Shown piece by piece: positions 26,465 through 35,900 of a DNA stretch of 64,000 nucleotides (the first letter of the stretch is position 1; every line of letters starts with the position of its first letter). This stretch comes from Candidatus Acidiferrum sp. GTDB lineage: Archaea > Micrarchaeota > Micrarchaeia > Micrarchaeales > Micrarchaeaceae. Made by a program: the position numbers and the translations under genes. Location of the stretch: NCBI GenBank assembly GCA_035509375.1, contig DATJLP010000007.1, positions 9,848-73,847 on the forward strand, written 5' to 3'. The notes under the pieces are model-generated. The model searched no databases, had not been told where the DNA came from, and saw only the letters and a list, made by a program, of their open reading frames with translations.

Positions 26465-28018
26465 TCACCCGTATCTGTATAGCAAAAGGGTAGCGAACAG
26501 GTAAAGCACCCCGTATGTGCCGAGCCAGACCGAGCCGAGGAGGTTGTTGGTCAGCAGGGCGAGGGTTCCAAGAGAGAGCAGGCCTGCTGAGAAGACCACC
26601 TCTATCTTCGTATTAGAGATCGCGTACGCAAGGTTGTGCTTTGTGTTTCCTCCCTTTGCCCTCACCGCGCGCCATATGGGGTTCTTGCCAGAGAGGGCAG
26701 CGATCGCGGCCTTTGCCCTCGATATGGCAAGGGCGAAGTTGAGTATGAACACCATGAGGCCGAGCTTGAACGAGCCGAAGTAGATCTTCGTGAGTATGAC
26801 AGGTGCGATTATCGAGAGCACAAATGCTGCACCGCCGAATATCTCGAGGTATCTGCTGATGTAGGTCGCCTCGAAGAGCGCCCTCAAGCCGCCCAGGTGC
26901 GCAAACGGCAGCGTGGAAAAGGCGAGGAATACAGAGAGGATGGTGAACGCTATCAGCACAACCGAGAGGTAGTTCAGGCCGAAGCCGTGCGTCAGGTAGT
27001 CAAGGCTGGCCCAGGGGGTCAGCCTGCCGGACTCCCTGTTCCTCTTCATGTAGTATCCTATGAATTGCGTGTCGCCGTAGTTGTACCTCCACTGCTGCTT
27101 TACGAGCGCGGTGTAGGAGTCCATGGGCCTGCCCCTCGCATAGACCTTCGGAACGTAGAGGCTCTTGAAGTTGTGCATGTCGGACTCGAAGCTGAAGAAG
27201 GTGTCCTCTATCACGTATTCGGGGAAGCCGCCTATCTTGTCGAGCGCGCTCTTCCTTATCACCCCGCAGGAGCCTGCGAAGAGAGCGGTGTTGTTGAGCG
27301 CCCTGTGCGGTTGAATAAACTTGAAGAAGAAGCCGTCAAAGAGGTCCACCGCCTGCGCGAAGAAATTGCCCTTAGCCGACCTTTTCTCGGTCTGGACAAA
27401 TGCGACATCCTTGTCGTTGAAATATGGGAGAAGGTCCTTAAGGAACCTCGTGTCTGTCAGGTATTCGTCTGCGTCTATGACAGCAAGGAAGTCCTCCTTG
27501 CATATCTTGAGCATGTTGTTTATCGCGCCGGCCTTGTATCCCTTCCTGCTGTCCCTGTGAAGGAACGTGACCTTGTTAGATTTGCAGTAGCTCTCGAGCT
27601 GCTCCTTGGTCTCTGGTATTGTGGAATCGTCGACCATGTAGTACTTCAGCCTGTTCTTTGGGTAGTCGAACTCGAAGAGCCTGCTCATGTCCCTCTTCAC
27701 CTCTTCCACATCCTCGTTGAAGACCGCCATTACAACCGCTATTTTGGGGAAGCTCCTGAGCGGCTTTAGCTTTGATGATATCCCCTCTATGTACCTGTCG
27801 TAGAAGTACGACCTGAAGTACGAGATCGCGGCGTAGACGTTGAAGAAGCCAGCGAAGAGCGATATTCCGAGGAAGGCGCACGATAGTATGTACGAGGTGG
27901 TTGAATTTGCCTCTATGAACATGTAAAAGGCGAAGATGAGGCTGGCTATCGATAAGATTATGAAAATGGCTATGGTGCTGAACCTTACCAGCATACCCTT
28001 GGTTATTTGATTATGCAT
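26465..28018 (-). CDS. membrane-integrated processive GT2 glycosyltransferase (cellulose/chitin/hyaluronan-synthase-like)
   Basis: N- and C-terminal TM bundles. GT-A core with YYMVDDST, DADEY (DxD), VIEDT and a QQWRY (QxxRW-like) motif. Confidence 0.8.
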   Translation of the reverse strand: MHNQITKGMLVRFSTIAIFIILSIASLIFAFYMFIEANSTTSYILSCAFLGISLFAGFFNVYAAISYFRSYFYDRYIEGISSKLKPLRSFPKIAVVMAVFNEDVEEVKRDMSRLFEFDYPKNRLKYYMVDDSTIPETKEQLESYCKSNKVTFLHRDSRKGYKAGAINNMLKICKEDFLAVIDADEYLTDTRFLKDLLPYFNDKDVAFVQTEKRSAKGNFFAQAVDLFDGFFFKFIQPHRALNNTALFAGSCGVIRKSALDKIGGFPEYVIEDTFFSFESDMHNFKSLYVPKVYARGRPMDSYTALVKQQWRYNYGDTQFIGYYMKRNRESGRLTPWASLDYLTHGFGLNYLSVVLIAFTILSVFLAFSTLPFAHLGGLRALFEATYISRYLEIFGGAAFVLSIIAPVILTKIYFGSFKLGLMVFILNFALAISRAKAAIAALSGKNPIWRAVRAKGGNTKHNLAYAISNTKIEVVFSAGLLSLGTLALLTNNLLGSVWLGTYGVLYLFATLLLYRYG

Positions 28019-28120
28019 CCTACCAACGATAAGAACGTAGTTATCCTTACCCTAACAAGATATTAAATTAGTAGCTCTTAAATAGGTAATACTTCAGTTT
28101 TAAGGTAATACTGAGGATAT

Positions 28121-28244
28121 GCCAGGGTGGCAGAATCTGGTAACGCGCCGGTCTCGAGTTTGCAAAACTTCGAGAGCTGATCTGTGATGCAATAAGAAAA
28201 CCGGTGTCCGCAAGGACTTTAGGGTTCAAATCCCTACCCTGGCG
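28121..28244 (+). tRNA. tRNA-Ser (CGA) with about 40-nt anticodon-loop intron
   Basis: Acceptor GCCAGGG/CCCUGGC, anticodon stem CCGGU/ACCGG, loop CUCGAG|intron|A, long variable arm UGUCC-GCAA-GGACU, T arm UAGGG-UUCAAAU-CCCUA. Confidence 0.8.
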
Positions 28245-28262
28245 AAGGAAAAAGATGGTAAA

Positions 28263-28685
28263 GTGAAAATCAAGATTAGGTATGGTGCGCTCCAAGACGC
28301 GGATGGACTGGAAGGTATGGATAGGATTGCGCATAAGGAAAGAAAATCTTGGGCGATAAGAAGCGCGCGGGAGTATAGAGAGATAATAAAAGACTCGGAA
28401 AAAAGAGTCATAATAGCAGAGCTCGATGGCAGACTTATTGGATATCTCCATTCTATGGTAAAAAATAATAGGGAAATAATATGGTTGGAGGACATATATG
28501 TGATTAAAAGTTATAGAAAACGGGGCGTTGCAAAAAAGCTTGTAAAGAAGTTTGTTGGAATGCAACGAGGCAAATTTAGAGGGATTGCACTATTGACCCC
28601 TGACAGAAACGTCAGGATTTTCGAAAGGTTAGGGTTCAAGAAGAGCATGAACTACATGAGCATGATATTCTATAGGCACAAGTAG
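28263..28685 (+). CDS. GNAT-family N-acetyltransferase
   Basis: Acetyl-CoA binding motif YRKRGVAKKLV in a 140-aa protein. Confidence 0.75.
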   Translation: MKIKIRYGALQDADGLEGMDRIAHKERKSWAIRSAREYREIIKDSEKRVIIAELDGRLIGYLHSMVKNNREIIWLEDIYVIKSYRKRGVAKKLVKKFVGMQRGKFRGIALLTPDRNVRIFERLGFKKSMNYMSMIFYRHK

Positions 28686-28710
28686 GGAGTCTGCCTGCAA
28701 AACTAGAGTT

Positions 28711-29949
28711 CTACCCTGGCGAATTTACGAATTCGTTGAGCAGCACCGTAGCGTATGAGCCTGAGGGCAGCGAGAACGAGAGCGTTGCGTTGCTGCCATC
28801 CACCTTGCTGGAAAAGTCCTTGAAAGGGGCGAACAGCACCCTATAGTTGCCCTTGCAGCTCAGCTCCGGCATGCTCTGGATCTTGAACATCTCCTTGGTC
28901 AGGCCCATCTCCTCGAGTATCTGCTTTTCTGCATAGTTGATGCGTTCGCTGTCGTATCCGACTATGTTGCCTGCTATGAAATGCAGCCCTTCAAGTCTTC
29001 CATCGCTTGCGTTCATTCTTTTATCCATGTCAGGGAAACCATATTGATCTGTAGGGCAGAGTATATCGTCGGCTTTCGGAGCAATTTCCTTGTTTTTAAT
29101 TCTGTATTCTATCTCCTTGTTGAACACCAGGCCTTGTACAGAATGGACAAACATCAATGATAGCTGCCTGGGCAGCCTCCTTATCGCGTTGGCGTAGTCT
29201 GTGGGGTATCTTGAGAGGTATTCGATGACCGTGAGCTCGTACTTCAGGTAGTAGGGGAAGTATTGCAGCGCTGCGGTAAAGTCGCGCTCCTTTGCAAGCC
29301 TCTCCCTTGCCTCTATAGAGTCGAGGTTTCTCTCATTTTTTGTGTTTGTGAGATAGTCCATCGCAGCCTTTTCAAACTCGCCCTTCATTATCGCAAGGCC
29401 AACATCATAGTTGTTATCCCTGTACCCGAATCTTTGCTCTCCGAAGTAGTTTGGGAATACGCCATTGAGCTCGTTCTCTATCTGCTTTATCCTCTCTTCT
29501 GTGGCGTTTGATTCCTTTATCGCGATTGTGAACCTGTTTCCAAGCAGGTCGCCAAGCTCTACCCCTGTGTCGCTCTGCCATGCCCCGTTTATCGATATGT
29601 CTTTTACATGCAGGGTTGAGATGTGCTCCGCCTTTGCGCCGAATATGCTGCATAGTTGCGTAGATACCGAAGCCCTGTCCTTAGTTCCTGCAAACCCTAC
29701 AGACTTTATGCCGCGTCCTGCCCTCTTTGCTATTATCTTAAGCGCCTGTATGGTGTTCCAGTCGCGCTTTTGCATTACAAAGACTGTGAATTTGCCCGTA
29801 GGGGAAGTCTGCATTCTAAGGCTTTCGTGCGTAAATTTCTCGCTTGCCTTCAAAACAGTAGAACTTTTTGTTATTTCCTCGACTATGAAGTCGTCCGGGC
29901 TGTCTTTTATTTTACCTAAGAATCCTTCATGTGAAGATAGCCTCGTCAT
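28711..29949 (-). CDS. truD: tRNA pseudouridine(13) synthase TruD/Pus7
   Basis: GFAGTKDRASVSTQ catalytic motif. NYFGEQRFG is also present. Confidence 0.85.
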   Translation of the reverse strand: MTRLSSHEGFLGKIKDSPDDFIVEEITKSSTVLKASEKFTHESLRMQTSPTGKFTVFVMQKRDWNTIQALKIIAKRAGRGIKSVGFAGTKDRASVSTQLCSIFGAKAEHISTLHVKDISINGAWQSDTGVELGDLLGNRFTIAIKESNATEERIKQIENELNGVFPNYFGEQRFGYRDNNYDVGLAIMKGEFEKAAMDYLTNTKNERNLDSIEARERLAKERDFTAALQYFPYYLKYELTVIEYLSRYPTDYANAIRRLPRQLSLMFVHSVQGLVFNKEIEYRIKNKEIAPKADDILCPTDQYGFPDMDKRMNASDGRLEGLHFIAGNIVGYDSERINYAEKQILEEMGLTKEMFKIQSMPELSCKGNYRVLFAPFKDFSSKVDGSNATLSFSLPSGSYATVLLNEFVNSPG

Positions 29950-29992
29950 TTTGCCACTTTATAAACATTAGCAGAGAGAGATTTGCGCCTTT

Positions 29993-31171
29993 CTAGGAGG
30001 TTTGAATAGGTAGGTTTTGCAGGCGCTTTATATACTCGTTTATAGTTACGGTCCCTAAGTTTATACTGCTTGCTATGTCTTTTTTATCCGTATTTTTTAT
30101 TATGCCCATTTCTTGGCCAACAACAATTATGGCCGCGGCTGCGTTTGCCATGGGTCTGCTGTTTAAAACGCCCGCAGCTTCGGCACGATTTAATAGAAGC
30201 ATGGTGTTCGCCTCCAGCTCTTGATTTTCGAGTCCGTTACGCCTCATCACTTCATTCACGAAATGGGTTGCAGGGTATGATATGATTCGGACTCCTGTAA
30301 CTCTGCTTACAAAATGTAATCGCCTTTTGAATGACGCCAGTGAAGTTGCTTTGGTTTCTTTGTTCATATCCTCTTGGGTGATTGGAGTGCCGTTTTGATT
30401 GCATGCAAGAAAGAGCAGGCATGCTGCCGTAACTTGAAGCTCTCCACCGCGTTTAATTAAATCTTTATTATCAAGATAAAGCTGTATTGCCGCTGCTCTG
30501 TCATTTTGATCTAGGGCGTACTTTTCTTTTACTGCATCGAAAAGCTCATCTATCGCATCTAGTTTTCTTGCGTTGATTCTTGGTACAAGCTCCATTTCCT
30601 GAATAAACTTACGTCCTCTAAGTAACTGGTGCCAAACAGATCTTCTATCAACTTTAGGTATGCTGGAAAATCTAAGCGTCTTTTCGATCTCTTCGGTTAT
30701 AGAGCTTCGATGCCCTCTGGGAATACCGGCATACTCTTCTATATCACTTCTTCTCACTTTAGTGTAATCCAATCCTTTAACATCATTCGCTCCTCTTAAA
30801 ATTTTCCTATGTTCAGAACTCCTTCGTGCCTTTGCCATGGCGGTTGCTATTGAGAATGCTGCAACAGCCATCCTTTCTGGATTGCACTCCTCCGGTTTTC
30901 TTGAATCAGTAGCTGCATCGAATATCTCCTGTGCTCTTGAGGCTGTTGTTTCGTTTACCCTAAAGTGAGATGATAAATCGTCTAGCATCTTGGAACCAAT
31001 TGCTTTTTTCTCTGTCATAGAGGAGCTTGCAGTCTTCCTGAGCAAAGGACCTTCGTCTGACACGCGAGCTGTACTGATCTGCGGCTCTATAGAATCATGC
31101 TGGCGCATCATAACTCCAGTCCCAATATGGCTTGTTACCGATGCCTCCAATTCGAGCAATCTTTTCCTCAA
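29993..31171 (-). CDS. TFIIB/TFB-like protein: two C-terminal cyclin-fold repeats, no N-terminal zinc ribbon
   Basis: The C-terminal half carries QVTAACLLFLACNQNGTPITQEDM and SRPMANAAAAIIVVGQEMG...GTVTINEYIKRL, which resemble the TFB core repeats. The N-terminal roughly 210 aa contain no Cys pairs or zinc ribbon. Confidence 0.6.
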   Translation of the reverse strand: MRKRLLELEASVTSHIGTGVMMRQHDSIEPQISTARVSDEGPLLRKTASSSMTEKKAIGSKMLDDLSSHFRVNETTASRAQEIFDAATDSRKPEECNPERMAVAAFSIATAMAKARRSSEHRKILRGANDVKGLDYTKVRRSDIEEYAGIPRGHRSSITEEIEKTLRFSSIPKVDRRSVWHQLLRGRKFIQEMELVPRINARKLDAIDELFDAVKEKYALDQNDRAAAIQLYLDNKDLIKRGGELQVTAACLLFLACNQNGTPITQEDMNKETKATSLASFKRRLHFVSRVTGVRIISYPATHFVNEVMRRNGLENQELEANTMLLLNRAEAAGVLNSRPMANAAAAIIVVGQEMGIIKNTDKKDIASSINLGTVTINEYIKRLQNLPIQTS

Positions 31172-31454
31172 CTAAACCACTAGAGTCGACAATGTAAAGG
31201 TTCAGATATTTATCTTTATCTCTACAAACTTTGGCTATGGGGCAAGGGTTGTAGGGAAAGATACTTATAAGAAGTTAGCGATTTGTCTTAGAAAGGCGTC
31301 ACAGCAACTTTGTGTACGCGTCTAGAAGATATTCTGAGCATCGAAACATGCAAGATTCTATTTAACTTTCCCAATAAGACTATACCAAGCTAGAGGGGGT
31401 GTTGTGGTAAAGCCCTTATAAATATTCCATATTAATTGTTAGACAGGTAAGTTT

Positions 31455-32882
31455 TTGCTCGAATCAAAAAGGTCATCGATGTCTTTTTTGCAAATCATTC
31501 TAATTTTTGTGGTGTTCGCGTTTGCTCTCACAGCTGTCCTCACAATATATAAAATTGGCGGGATATACTGGGACTTTATCGCCGAGATTCTCTACGCAAA
31601 ATCCCTTCTCACTTCAAAATTCTATTTTGCATTTTTCAGCGGTAACCTGAATAGTGTTATAAGCTATGGGAACTCGTTCTATTTTGAGGTTCTCAGGCCT
31701 CCTTTGATAGGGATTATTATGGTGCCGTTCATGGCGATAGGCACGAGCACTGGAGTACCCATATACCTCACATTTGTCCTCCTTTTTCTTTTAGCCTCGT
31801 GTTTCTATCTTTCAAAAAGAGTGCAACTAAGCCCGCTTTTGATGGCATTGCTGTTCTTTACCCCCTATGTGCTCTTCTACTTCGTGATGCTGAACGGTGC
31901 CGAAATAATAACAATGTGTTTCCTGCTCGTCTTTATCGGCCTGGTGATCGAAAGGCGGTGGGAGGCAGGTATCGTATTGGCTCTTGCAGGGCTGGCAAAG
32001 TATGATTCGCTGATATTCCTGCTTTTGCTTGCGGTACTCCCGCCAAAGGTTAGAAACAAGGCGCTCGCAGCATTTGGGATAACCACTCTACCATGGCTCA
32101 TTTTCAACACCGTTGCGTTTCATAACCCGATATGGAGTTACATCCTTTCTATACATTCGTTCTCTGCGGGGGCGCAGGGGCTATTTTCACTCTCGGTGAT
32201 TTCTGCCTCTCTAAAATTAATGCTGCCGTACCTGATACCGGCATTTTTGGTTTTTGCGGCTGCCATTGCAATCAGTTTTGTTTGCAATAAAAAGCGCAGC
32301 ATAGATATGAAGATGGATTACAGGCATAAGGTGGTGTTCGCCTCTTTTGGGGTTGGCCTTTTCGGATGGCTCTTAACAGCCATATCGGGATCGATAAACG
32401 GCCTTCCGCGGGAGGCCTTTCTTATTTACATAGGGATTGCGCTCATACTAGGTGTTCTGATCACCGACCTGTCCAATGTCAAATTGAGATTGCCATTTAA
32501 CAAAGACCTGTATGCATACCTTGTGGGTGCTCTCTTTGTTCTAACTGTTGGTATGCTGATATATGCACAGACGACCCTGCAAACGAACTATGTTTTTGCA
32601 TCGTACGGCTCCACAAACCCCATATACAAGAATGTTACAAATACTCTGGCGGTGGACGGCCTTGGAAACTGCAACGTGATCTCGAATTACTGGCCGTATC
32701 TTTTCTATTTCGGAGTGAAGGCGCACTCCCCTTATTACTATAACTCAACAGTGGAACGCTACCCGATCGTTATCCTTTATGATAATTCTTCTGGTTTCCC
32801 AATAAACTTCATGAACGTTACAAAAAACCTGACATACAATAACTTCACGATCTATTTCCCTAAAAACTGGACATGCGGTTAG
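31455..32882 (+). CDS. polytopic membrane protein, possible GT-C (ArnT/PMT-like) glycosyltransferase
   Basis: 475 aa with at least 10 hydrophobic helices and a sequon-rich extracytoplasmic C-terminal tail. The family call rests on architecture and context only. Confidence 0.4.
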   Translation: MLESKRSSMSFLQIILIFVVFAFALTAVLTIYKIGGIYWDFIAEILYAKSLLTSKFYFAFFSGNLNSVISYGNSFYFEVLRPPLIGIIMVPFMAIGTSTGVPIYLTFVLLFLLASCFYLSKRVQLSPLLMALLFFTPYVLFYFVMLNGAEIITMCFLLVFIGLVIERRWEAGIVLALAGLAKYDSLIFLLLLAVLPPKVRNKALAAFGITTLPWLIFNTVAFHNPIWSYILSIHSFSAGAQGLFSLSVISASLKLMLPYLIPAFLVFAAAIAISFVCNKKRSIDMKMDYRHKVVFASFGVGLFGWLLTAISGSINGLPREAFLIYIGIALILGVLITDLSNVKLRLPFNKDLYAYLVGALFVLTVGMLIYAQTTLQTNYVFASYGSTNPIYKNVTNTLAVDGLGNCNVISNYWPYLFYFGVKAHSPYYYNSTVERYPIVILYDNSSGFPINFMNVTKNLTYNNFTIYFPKNWTCG

Positions 32883-32954
32883 CACAACGCATAAACGGTA
32901 GAAGCGCAAATGTTTTTATATGTACTTAATTTAATGTAAGCGGGGGAGAATACT

Positions 32955-35900
32955 GTGGCAAATAACGCTCGTGGGCGTTTTCTAGCCATTACTGTGGCTA
33001 TAATTTTTCTGTGCTTAATCTGCCTTCCTACTATTACTACTGCAGTTTCGATACCTGTTTCCATATCAAACTACGCTTCGGTGCTGATTTCTAACCACCA
33101 GAGTTTTGCTACAAAAGGCGGGCTTCAGCAGCTTTTGATTTTAAATGCCTCCAAATTTTCCACCTACGAGAACGGCAACCTGCAGAATGTTGAATTCTTC
33201 TACTCTAACGGAACAATAATCCCATCTTGGCTGGAGGGCAATCTGAGCAACGAGTTGCAAACAACAAATCTTAACAGATCAAGCCGCATAGTGTACTGGC
33301 TTAAGCTTGCGCCAAGTATATCGGCGGGTGGCAATTACGTAGTGTATGTAGGTTTTGCCCCAAAGAACGTGAGTTTTCTGAATGGTGTTACAGTAGGGGA
33401 AGCTCCGGAACTCTCTTCGCCTTATGGCAGATATGACAATGGCGGGCAGGTATTTACAAACGGGTATTGGGATTTCAGCGGGTCAAGCTTTCCGTCAGGT
33501 ATAAACTCGATCGTCAACAACGGCACAGTATCTGTAAATAATGAGTTGACGATAATCGGAGGTAGAACGCAAACTCCTGGAGAGAATGGTGCGGCTGCTC
33601 CAAACATTATCGTCAATGAGAGCGTTGATTTCTACGGCACGCTCACCACCTCCCCGGTCGGTGATTCTTGGGGGTGGTCCGAAGATGGAATCAGCAACTG
33701 CACAAATAAGTACAATGCCCACTTGGGAGTAATTGGATGTTCTGACATATCGGTAGATTTTGAGGGCAGCGCTGGGGGGCCGAACTGCACAATAGCAGGC
33801 GGCTTTGCGCTCAGAAACGCAGGGTTTGGCGGGACCTGTAGCCTAAAAGGCGTACCTTTAAACACAGGAAATTACATCCCAGCATACAATGGCTATGCAA
33901 TATTTTCCTTTGTTTTCACGCCAGATAATGCAATTCTATACACAAACTATACCGACATGTATGCTAACATAATTTACACCCAAAACACAATAAAAGGCCT
34001 GCCATTTGCGATAGCTGTAGGTAATAATGAAGGAACATATGCACCAAATGGAGAAAAGATATACTGGCTCAGATACAGGCAGACTCCACCGAATGGAATA
34101 ATGCCGAACACATCGGTTGGTGGCGCATCCAGCGTAATAACTGCCAGATCCCCCATTACGCTGTACAACAATCAGCCGGTAGGAACTAGCAGCAACTTCC
34201 AGCAGATGTTGCCAATCAACAGTTCGAAATATACCGCGTATGAAGCAAATAACCTGCAAAATGTTGAATTCCAATATGCAAACGGGACGGTAATCCCGTC
34301 TTGGTTTGAAGGTAATCCGAGTAACGAAACGCGGGCGAGCAATTTAAACGCCTCTAATAATTTAGTATACTGGTTGAAACTTGGACCAAGTATACGCGCA
34401 AACGGTAACCTGACCATTTACATAGCGTTTGCAAATAGGAGCGTATCACTCTTGAATAACATAACAACTGGGGAAGCACCACAGCTATCATGCACAAACC
34501 CTTCAAATACGGCAACCGGCTGCGGAGTTAATCAATATGGAAAATATGACGATGGTGGTAAAGTATTTCCTAACTATTGGAATTTCAACGGTACTTCTCT
34601 TGAGGGCTTTAGTACGCCTGGTGGAAGCGGCAATTTTGTTGTAGTAAACAACGGGGTAGTTATTGGCGGTGTTTTAAATGGCACCTTCCCTTACATTTAT
34701 CGTTTCACTTATAACGCTCTTAGTTTGGGAGTCGGGATGATTGGTTATCTGAACTCGTCAAACGGGTTGTTCATTTTTAGAGGCTCCAATCCAAATGAGG
34801 ATGGTATAGTTTCGGCATTTAACTCTTCAATGTCACGATACGAGATTTTTAATTATAATAATACTTCGGGTTTATCATCATTTGAAAACACCGGTGTGCC
34901 ATACAGTACAAAACATATAGCATTGTTGATTTACGGTAACAGTACATCAATAAGAGGATATGCCGCTGGATCTTTTAAAGCCAGTTCAACGGACTATGTG
35001 CAACAGCAGAGCACGTCAATCTACGTTCAGGGAGGGGCAGGGTACGCTCAGGTAATTTTCACTGCGAATACTCCGCCTGATGGAATAATGCCAACTACGA
35101 GCCCCGCGGCCTCTAATGTGGTGCTGGGCCTTTCCCTTTCTGCCAACCAGATTGTTTACGGGCAACCGGGCACAATTACCGCAATGGCCTCCAATAATGG
35201 CATAATAAACATAGAACTAAACGGAAATGTTGTAGCTACAGGTAGCTCTTCTACTTCGTATCAGGTTTGCCAGGCACGGAACAGCAGTTGCCCAGCCGCT
35301 GGAACTTACAGTGTAGTGGCCAGTTCACCAGACGCAAACTATATAGTAAACAAAACTCTTGTAATTGTTCAGGCAACCCCGCAATTAACGCTGTCTGTTC
35401 CATCCAACTACAGCTTCGACCAGCAACCTGGAAACGTAATCTTTGGGATAAACACAATTGACAACCAGCTTAACGTCACGCTCTCTGGTGCGGCAATAGG
35501 AACAACAAACCTGGCGTCAAGCGCCCTTACAGAGCCATTCCCAGGAAACTACTCCGCGACGTTATACACTCCTGGAAATGCAAACTACACTCCTGCGTCT
35601 AGGACCGCAAACTTCAGCATCTTCGCCCAGATGACCAATATAACCGGTATAGGGAGGCTGCCTGATGCCTTGGCATTCGATTCCTGCAACGGATACATAT
35701 ATGTTGCAAATTGGGGATCGAACACCGTTTCTGTGATAGACAACCTTACAGTCCTTGGCAACATAACAGTAGGGATTGGGCCTAAGGCCCTGCAGTTCGA
35801 TAGCGCAAACTGTAAGGTTTATGTGGCTGATAATGTATCAAATGACGTAAAGGCACTTGTAGGTTTCAGTGTTGTAAGCACAACGTACGTTGGAGCCGAT

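Noticed and set aside
26636-27769. 377-aa ORF antisense to the GT2 synthase
   Set aside because: It is a shadow ORF with E/R/V/L-rich composition and no motif. The opposite strand has DxD/QxxR(W/Y) glycosyltransferase motifs.
31172-31454. Possible ncRNA or small ORF in the 283-nt divergent intergenic region
   Set aside because: I found no convincing stem-loops, repeats or ORF. It is most simply two divergent promoters; a TATA-like CCCTTATAAATATT lies about 25 nt before 31455.
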